A stretch of 51,493 nucleotides of DNA from a virus (lineage: Duplodnaviria; Caudoviricetes), in the IMG/VR virus record IMGVR_UViG_3300045955_000245, positions 1 through 51,493 of that record, one strand, 5' to 3'. Below the pieces are notes generated by a model that was not told the DNA's origin, did no database searches, and was given only the letters and a program-made list of their open reading frames with translations. The position numbers and the translations under genes were made by a program. The first letter of the stretch is position 1; each line of letters starts with the position of its first letter. This document shows, piece by piece, positions 46,272 through 51,493 of the stretch.

Positions 46272-46687
46272 CGCGTCGTTCCCCTCCTGAGTGCGGACTC
46301 CCACTCGCCAAGCGCCGCCCAATCCGCGCAGTCGGCCACCGGTTCGAGGCGCACGATCGGCGGTGACGGACGCCAGTCGCCGCCGTGGTAGGCCAGCACC
46401 CGGAACGGCCCGGTCTCGGCGTCGCGTGCCTCAACGACGAAGATGGGCACCAACCGCATCAGCGCGTTGTAGGCGATGACCTCGGCAAAACTGAGCGGTT
46501 CTCCCGGTTGCTTGCAGTCCAGGATGGCCACAATGCCGGGAGGCGCCTTGCGGATCAACACCAGATCGAGGTCCGATGCCCAGAACCCCGGCCCCAACTT
46601 CGCCTTATGGGCATGCTTGAAGGCATCCCGACGAGGGCTGCCCCGCAGCGAGAGCGCATGCTTGAAGTCGTCTACCCGCAACGGCAC
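46268..46687 (-). CDS. Putative PD-(D/E)XK nuclease
   Basis: ASDLDLVL...VAILDCKQ. Confidence 0.5.
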   Translation of the reverse strand: MPLRVDDFKHALSLRGSPRRDAFKHAHKAKLGPGFWASDLDLVLIRKAPPGIVAILDCKQPGEPLSFAEVIAYNALMRLVPIFVVEARDAETGPFRVLAYHGGDWRPSPPIVRLEPVADCADWAALGEWESALRRGTTR

Positions 46688-46788
46688 GCGTTCACCCCCA
46701 AGGGCGACGTACACACCACATGCACGCTGGCCGGCTCCATCGCGGCGAGCACGTCGACCACGTGGCCGGTGAGCACGCGCGTCGTCAT
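46672..46788 (-). pseudogene. Truncated methyltransferase 5' stub
   Basis: MTTRVLTGHVVDVLAAMEPASVHVVCTSP|LGVNACRCG*: MTase start broken inside the SPPY motif. Confidence 0.7.
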
Positions 46789-47147
46789 GCCCCCGGCTCC
46801 TGCCCGTAGATGGTCGAGCGATAACACTCGTACCGGTGCGCGTGTTTTCCGGGTTGGGCCGATGGACGCGTCGCACCCGTGCGGACGATCCAGCCCCGCT
46901 TGAGCGCCCGCTGCCACACGGCCCCCATCGCGTTTCCAGATACCGGGTGCCACTCCAGCGCCGCCGCCAAATCGTCGGTGTGCACGTAGCGATTGCGCCT
47001 GCACACCCGCTCGAGCACGTCCAGCGCGTACTCGCCCCACGCGGTGCCCGCCTGCGCCGCCGCGAGGTCCATCCCGCATTCCTTGCGCCGCTCGCCTTCC
47101 GGTGCGTCGAACAGCGGGAGTTGGCGTAGTCGTTGGCGCAGTCTCAT
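46785..47147 (-). CDS. Hypothetical protein (possible winged helix)
   Basis: QLPLF...NAMGAVWQRA..RGWI..TG. Confidence 0.6.
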   Translation of the reverse strand: MRLRQRLRQLPLFDAPEGERRKECGMDLAAAQAGTAWGEYALDVLERVCRRNRYVHTDDLAAALEWHPVSGNAMGAVWQRALKRGWIVRTGATRPSAQPGKHAHRYECYRSTIYGQEPGA

Positions 47148-47157
47148 GTCCGCATCG

Positions 47158-47366
47158 TCCTTTCCGCCGCGTGTTCTGTCGGTGTGCGTCCCTGCCTGGC
47201 CCTACCCGACCTTGCCACGCCTGACCGCACCCAGCCGAGCCCTCCCGGACCCAACCTTGCGCTACCCTGCCCAGCCTTGCCTGGCCCTACCCGACCTTGC
47301 CCGGCCCGGCCGCACCCAGCCGAGCCACACCGCGCCCTACCCGACCCAACCTGGCCCGACCCAGCC
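47158..47366 (-). repeat. GGY-NN pentamer array C (35 units, 47366-47192) plus conserved tail; candidate ncRNA
   Basis: 33 of 35 units start GGC/GGT in unbroken 5-nt phase; intergenic; tail ends ACGCGGCGGAAAGGA. Confidence 0.9.
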
Positions 47367-47377
47367 CTGTGGCCCGA

Positions 47378-47851
47378 TCACATCATCCCGTTGGCCCGCA
47401 GGATGTCCTCGATGGCATTCAGGCGCTGCTCGTGGGCGTGGGCAAACGCCGCCAGCGTGCCCAGGATTTTCCGTTGGGCATCGAACGACGCGAGTTGTTC
47501 GCCGGTCAACCGACTCAAGTCGGTCACGTTGGAGACGGTGAGTGCCGATTCGTACTGGCGGCGCGCCTTGCTCTTGTGCTGGTTGGCAACGCTCAGGTGC
47601 TCGACCGCCTGGATGACGCGGTAGCCCCTGCCCGGCAGCGCCACCAGCCAGCGCCGCCGCTGCTCCCCGAACTCCTTGCGTGCCCGGTAGATGGCGTGGC
47701 GCGTCCGCTTGACCTCCTCGACCGACTTCTCCAACACGTCGGCCAATTGGTCGTAGGTGATCACGTCGCCAAACTCGGCCCCGCTCAGCAAGTGGTCGAA
47801 GATCAGCCGCCACTCGGCGACCTCGCCCTTCGGCTCGAACAGCGTGCTCAT
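47378..47851 (-). CDS. Winged-helix-like protein between the pentamer arrays
   Basis: GDVITYDQLADVL...AIYRARKE...LVALPGRGYRVI, then a helical C-terminus. Confidence 0.65.
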   Translation of the reverse strand: MSTLFEPKGEVAEWRLIFDHLLSGAEFGDVITYDQLADVLEKSVEEVKRTRHAIYRARKEFGEQRRRWLVALPGRGYRVIQAVEHLSVANQHKSKARRQYESALTVSNVTDLSRLTGEQLASFDAQRKILGTLAAFAHAHEQRLNAIEDILRANGMM

Positions 47852-47860
47852 CGTCGTCGT

Positions 47861-48057
47861 TCCCTTTCGCCCCTGCGTCCTGCCTGTTGCGTATGGGTAT
47901 CCCTGCCCTGCCCAACCAAGCCATGCCTAGCCCTGCCGCGCCCAACCAAGCCACGCCTGGCCCCGCCGCGCCCCACCAAGCCCCGCCGAGCCACGGTCTG
48001 CCTCGCCCTGCCCCGCCTCGCCGTACCTCACCACGCCTCACCAAGCCACGCCAAGCC
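47861..48057 (-). repeat. GGY-NN pentamer array B (31 units, 48057-47903) plus tail; candidate ncRNA
   Basis: 30 of 31 units start GGC/GGT in phase; ends GGC-AG-GGA; tail ends GCGAAAGGGA. Confidence 0.9.
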
Positions 48058-48073
48058 GCGGCCTGCGCCCCGG

Positions 48074-48652
48074 CTAATGCGCGACGACCACCGTGAACCG
48101 GCCGTAGCCCAACTTGCGGGCGTCGCACAGGCCTTCGGATCGGCCAGCTTTCTCCGCGATCCGCACGAAGTCGTCGGGGTCGAGCACGTCCTCCTGGAGT
48201 TCGAGCTCGACCGTCAGCGACCAGCGGCGGAAGATGGGCCGCATCCGCATCACCTTGCCCCGCTGGATACCCACGCTCTTGCGGAAATGGAACTCCGGCG
48301 CCGCCCACAGTTTCAGCGGCTCGCGCGGGCCGTCGTACACCAGCGGCACGCGGTCGCTGACGACGGCGACGGCGCGAATCAGCGTGGCTCCCTGGCGCGT
48401 CAGCGTCGCGCCCCGCTCGAAGCACTTCACGACGTTGGCGGTCGGCACGTGGACGCCCATGTCGGCGTCGTGGTACAGGCCGCCCAGGAACTCCAGTCGC
48501 TCGATCTCGGCGTCGTCGGCCTCCGTCCGGTGCCGGCTCCCCTTGTCGGTCAGCTTCGCGATCTCCTTGGCGAAGCCGTTGGTCTTATCCGCCAGCTGCA
48601 CGTTGTGCATCACCAGCCCGGTCGTGCCGGTCAATTCCACGATGGTCCTCAC
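48074..48652 (-). CDS. RAMP/Cas7-like protein (192 aa)
   Basis: GTG start with GGGAGG RBS; VELTGTTGLVMHN strand, VPTANVVKCFERGA, RPIFRRWSLTVEL, C-terminal Gly loop GLCDARKLGYGRF. Confidence 0.65.
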   Translation of the reverse strand: MRTIVELTGTTGLVMHNVQLADKTNGFAKEIAKLTDKGSRHRTEADDAEIERLEFLGGLYHDADMGVHVPTANVVKCFERGATLTRQGATLIRAVAVVSDRVPLVYDGPREPLKLWAAPEFHFRKSVGIQRGKVMRMRPIFRRWSLTVELELQEDVLDPDDFVRIAEKAGRSEGLCDARKLGYGRFTVVVAH

Positions 48653-48757
48653 GTCGTTTCCTCCCACGATGTCGTGTTCTGCGAGTGGTGCCCGCCCGTA
48701 GACAGGCCAGTGGTTGTGGCGTGGGGGTCCGACCCCAGCCAAGCCCAGCCTGGTCCC

Positions 48758-48857
48758 TCCTTTCCGCCGCGTACTTTCCGTGTGTCCCTGCCTTGCCCAG
48801 CCCTGCCGAGCCCGGCCCTGCCTGGCCCCGCCCGGCCTGGCCCGGCCGCGCCAAGCC
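48758..48857 (-). repeat. GGC-NN pentamer array A (14 units, 48857-48788) plus conserved tail; candidate ncRNA
   Basis: 14 of 14 units start GGC; ends GGC-AG-GGA; tail ends ACGCGGCGGAAAGGA, identical to array C. Confidence 0.9.
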
Positions 48858-48860
48858 CTG

Positions 48861-49835
48861 TCATGCGGTGAACTTCTTGCCCAGCTTCTCCGCCGCCGCC
48901 CGCATCGTCTGGTGGAACCGCTGCCGCTCCGCGTCTGTCGGTGGCACCAAGTCTGGCCGATCGGGCACCCGGATGGGCACGTACCGATCGACCTCGGGCG
49001 GCGCGCGGCCGTTTCCCTGGGCGCGCCGGGCCGCGTCGGCCGCCGCGCGCTCGTCCAGCCGCGCCAGCCGATCCGCTTCGGCCTTGTCCAACCAGTTGAC
49101 CAGGAAGCGGTAACTACACCGCTTCTGCCGGTGGCGCGGCTCACGCAGCCACTCGGCGATCTTCTCCGCCTCGATGGGCAGGTCGAGCAACGGGTAGCGC
49201 GTCCCCAGCTTGCGGAGTTGGGCGGCGTCTACCGCGTACCCCTGCTTGCCGAAGCCCGAAAGCGTCTCGTGGAAGTTCTGGAGATCGCCGTCGGACGCCG
49301 TGGTGCCTTCGGACGCGTCAGCGTCCAGCACCGCCGCCTCGCGCGAGACGGCGGTCCGGTTAGGTCCGGTCCGGTTAGGTCCGGTAGGCGCGTTACTTAG
49401 CGTTACAGGTGCGTTACTAACGCGTTTGTAACGCGTTACGTTTGCGTTACTCGCTTCCTGTAGGGAGGAAGTGTCCTGGTGGCGTTCGCGCCAGTGCTGC
49501 ACGCGTTGACGCGTTTGCTCGCGCACCCGGTCGCGTCGCTCAAGCAGGCGCCCTGCGTACTCGTACCAGTCGTGGATGGTGTTGTCCGCATCCACGAACC
49601 CGCACCGCAAGAGGGCCGCCGACAGCGCGGCCGGATCGCCGTCCCACAGACACGCGGCGGCGACGTCGCCCGTATCGCTGTTCGACAGGTCGCCGTCCGG
49701 TGCGTAATCGAGCGCCCACCACCACAGCAAGTGCAGATGACCGATGGTGGCGGGGACCGAAACGCCAAGCGCACGAGCCAATCGCAGCGTCTTGGGGTGC
49801 CTCGCTAGCGTGGTGTGGGACTCTATCCAAGCCAT
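48861..49835 (-). CDS. Phage replication initiator (replisome organizer-like)
   Basis: MAWIESH..L.RHPK..RLAR.LG...IGHL..LWWWA..YAPDG; IHDWYEY; FLVNWL C-domain. Confidence 0.8.
   Translation of the reverse strand: MAWIESHTTLARHPKTLRLARALGVSVPATIGHLHLLWWWALDYAPDGDLSNSDTGDVAAACLWDGDPAALSAALLRCGFVDADNTIHDWYEYAGRLLERRDRVREQTRQRVQHWRERHQDTSSLQEASNANVTRYKRVSNAPVTLSNAPTGPNRTGPNRTAVSREAAVLDADASEGTTASDGDLQNFHETLSGFGKQGYAVDAAQLRKLGTRYPLLDLPIEAEKIAEWLREPRHRQKRCSYRFLVNWLDKAEADRLARLDERAAADAARRAQGNGRAPPEVDRYVPIRVPDRPDLVPPTDAERQRFHQTMRAAAEKLGKKFTA
49353..49450. repeat. Probable replication origin iterons inside the initiator gene
   Basis: GCGTTAC at 49390, 49400, 49411, 49433 and 49444, inverted copy at 49428; adjacent GGTCC/GGTTA pentamers. 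Confidence 0.65.
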
Positions 49836-49847
49836 GCTACTACTAGT

Positions 49848-49876
49848 ATTTTACTAAGCCATACGTATGTCAGCAA
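49848..49876 (-). promoter_or_regulatory. Promoter of the replication/array operon
   Basis: TTGCTG(49876-49871)-N17-TAAAAT(49853-49848) with palindrome CATACGTATG (49860-49869) in the spacer. Confidence 0.6.
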
Positions 49877-50891
49877 GTGTCGTTTCGTGCGATAATGGCG
49901 TGGATGTCGCACGAGCAGGAGCGGAGTGATCATGGGGACCGTTGTCGACGTGAAGTTGGTTGACCACCGGCGCCGCCGGTACATGACCCAGGTGGAGTTG
50001 GCCGCCGCCGCCGGCGTCACGCCCTCGACCATCTTCAAGTTGGAGAAGGCCGGGCACCGGCCCCGCCTGTCCACCATGCGCCGCATCGCCGCCGCCCTGG
50101 GCGTCGAGCCGCTCGACGTCGACGAGTTCGCCAGGGCCGTCGAGCGCGAGCGGTAGCACCTGCTGGCGCAGCCGGTTGGCGGCGATGGCGCAGTTCTGCT
50201 CAAGCAGTTCCACGCCGATGGCCCACAGGCCGCGTTGCTGCGCCGCCACCAGCGTCGTACCGGTCCCGGCGAACGGGTCGAGTACGACGCCCCCAGTGGG
50301 GACGATTGCCAGCAAGTCCACCATCAGCGCCGTGGGCTTGCCCGCAATGTGCCACTTGTCGGCCTGGCGCACGACGTAGCGGTAGAAACCGGGCAGGCAG
50401 GCGCCAGCATCGGCCATCGGACCGTTGCTGCCCCACACCACGTACTCGCACTGATTGCGATAGCGCCCCTTCTGCGGTCGGGCGGCCTCGCTTTTGTCCC
50501 ACGGCACGACGCCGCGCCACACCCACCCGCCGGCCTGTAGCGCGTCGGTCGTGGTGGGCAACTGCCGCCAGTCGGTGAACAGACAGCAGATGCCGCCCGG
50601 TTTCGTGACGCGCAGGCACTCCGCCAGCCACAGGGCACACCAGTAGCCGTAGGCCCGCTGGTCGCGCGTGTCACCAGCGAACTCGGCCCGCTGCACGGCG
50701 GGATCGGAGAGGTACTTCACGCTCGGCGGCGGCAGCCGGTCGCCGCGCACCATCCCACCAGACGAGTAGGGCGGGTCGGCGACGACGGCGTCGACGCTTG
50801 CATCCGGGAGCGATGCGAGCACGGCCAGCGCATCGCCGTGGTACAGCGTCACCCCGCCGTGGTGGTAGTAGGGCGGCGGCAACCCGTTCAT
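49854..50891 (-). CDS. DNA adenine methyltransferase (DPPY, beta class)
   Basis: LYHGDAL; VADPPY; HIAGKP; VLDPFAGTGTT; the last ~95 codons run antisense through the XRE gene and its promoter. Confidence 0.9.
   Translation of the reverse strand: MNGLPPPYYHHGGVTLYHGDALAVLASLPDASVDAVVADPPYSSGGMVRGDRLPPPSVKYLSDPAVQRAEFAGDTRDQRAYGYWCALWLAECLRVTKPGGICCLFTDWRQLPTTTDALQAGGWVWRGVVPWDKSEAARPQKGRYRNQCEYVVWGSNGPMADAGACLPGFYRYVVRQADKWHIAGKPTALMVDLLAIVPTGGVVLDPFAGTGTTLVAAQQRGLWAIGVELLEQNCAIAANRLRQQVLPLALDGPGELVDVERLDAQGGGDAAHGGQAGPVPGLLQLEDGRGRDAGGGGQLHLGHVPAAPVVNQLHVDNGPHDHSAPARATSTPLSHETTLADIRMA
49926..50156 (+). CDS. Small XRE-family HTH regulator
   Basis: MTQVELAAAAGVTPSTIFKLEKAGHRPRLSTMRRIAAALGV. 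Confidence 0.85.
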   Translation: MIMGTVVDVKLVDHRRRRYMTQVELAAAAGVTPSTIFKLEKAGHRPRLSTMRRIAAALGVEPLDVDEFARAVERER

Positions 50892-51082
50892 TCGCGCGGC
50901 TCCGTTTGGGCGCGCGTCCGTAGCCGGTACCGCCGCTCCTCTTCGCGGTGCTTCACCCGCCGGCACGCCGTCGCCTTGCAGTACCGCGCCCCGGCGTAGC
51001 GCAGCGGGTAGCCGCAGACGACGCACACGGCACCGGATGCGGCGCACGCGGCGGCGTAGCGCGTCGGGAGACTGGTACTCAT
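50888..51082 (-). CDS. Small Zn-finger protein
   Basis: CVVCG...YCKATAC. Confidence 0.55.
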   Translation of the reverse strand: MSTSLPTRYAAACAASGAVCVVCGYPLRYAGARYCKATACRRVKHREEERRYRLRTRAQTEPRE

Positions 51083-51339
51083 CGCCCCGTCCTTTCGGCC
51101 GCCGAGCGTACCCGCCGCCGGTACGCTGGCTCGTCCAGCAAGCGCCGCGCGTCCATCCGGCGCACTATCTCCCTGAGCCGGGTCTCGTCTGCCAGCCGCT
51201 GGCGGCGCATTCCCTCGGCAATCCACTCGCGCCGCTCGTCCTCCCGCGTCTGCCGCCAGCAAAGGCACGTGGCGACGAACGCGCCCAGCCACCCGGCGGC
51301 GAAGCCGAGCAGGGCCTCGGCCAACGCGAACGCGCTCAC
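51079..51339 (-). CDS. Small membrane-anchored protein
   Basis: N-terminal TM; GTGA overlap with the sigma factor stop. Confidence 0.55.
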   Translation of the reverse strand: MSAFALAEALLGFAAGWLGAFVATCLCWRQTREDERREWIAEGMRRQRLADETRLREIVRRMDARRLLDEPAYRRRVRSAAERTGR

Positions 51340-51366
51340 GCCGTTGCCCCCGCTGCCCGCGCCGCC

Positions 51367-51493
51367 CACGCCGCGCGGAACTCGTGCCGCGCCCGGAACA
51401 GCCGCGACTTCACCGAGCCGATGGTGGTGCCCCACTGCGCGGCCGCCTCGCGGTACGAGCGGCCCTCGAGCGCCGTCTGCGCGAGCAACTCCC
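51367..51493. repeat. Terminal direct repeat (assembly overlap), copy 2
   Basis: Identical to 1-127. Confidence 0.95.

Noticed and set aside
47903-48057. Self-target of the array dinucleotide code within this genome
   Set aside because: By eye only short partial gapped matches were seen, at chance level; a systematic search could not be run
47192-48857. Pentamer arrays as a CRISPR array or as coding low-complexity sequence
   Set aside because: No 23-50 bp repeats with unique spacers; a 5-nt period does not fit codons, and the ORF-track frames over them (e.g. 47297..48871, 47337..48425) are Pro/Gly/Arg noise overlapping better genes
49353-49387. GGTCC/GGTTA pentamers as a fourth GGY-NN array
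   Set aside because: Opposite strand, only about 7 units with low NN diversity, no conserved tail, and inside the initiator linker next to the iterons
51367-51493. Biological terminal repeat of the virion DNA
   Set aside because: Length equals a standard assembly k-mer and it falls mid-gene

Overview
This window is a complete, circular, high-GC temperate tailed-phage genome of about 51,366 bp; the first 127 nt are repeated exactly at the end, and an ECF sigma gene runs across that junction. It has a lambda-like immunity switch (cro/cI with three operators), a tyrosine integrase with a probable attP, a replication initiator with iterons, two DNA methyltransferases, an HK97-type head/siphovirus tail operon and a lysis cassette. 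The host is not determined; Chloroflexota or another high-GC monoderm is a guess. Unusual content: (1) a RAMP/Cas7-like gene and a winged-helix partner gene interleaved with three non-coding arrays of strictly phased GGY-NN pentamers that share a 3' tail (47.15-48.86 kb), a candidate repeat-RNA-guided system; (2) a minimal Gram-positive-type T4SS/conjugation-like module (VirB6-like, pilin, PrgI, VirB4-like) with no visible relaxase or VirD4, next to a membrane-anchored AAA ATPase; (3) three antisense HNH cassettes sharing a structured leader, plus a PD-(D/E)XK cassette, at least three of which leave a dead 5' stub and supply a replacement 5' end for the gene they interrupt; (4) antisense bridging ORFs and start-stop minigene repeats at gene junctions; (5) two ECF sigma factors. 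All protein calls come from motif recognition by eye; no database search was run.
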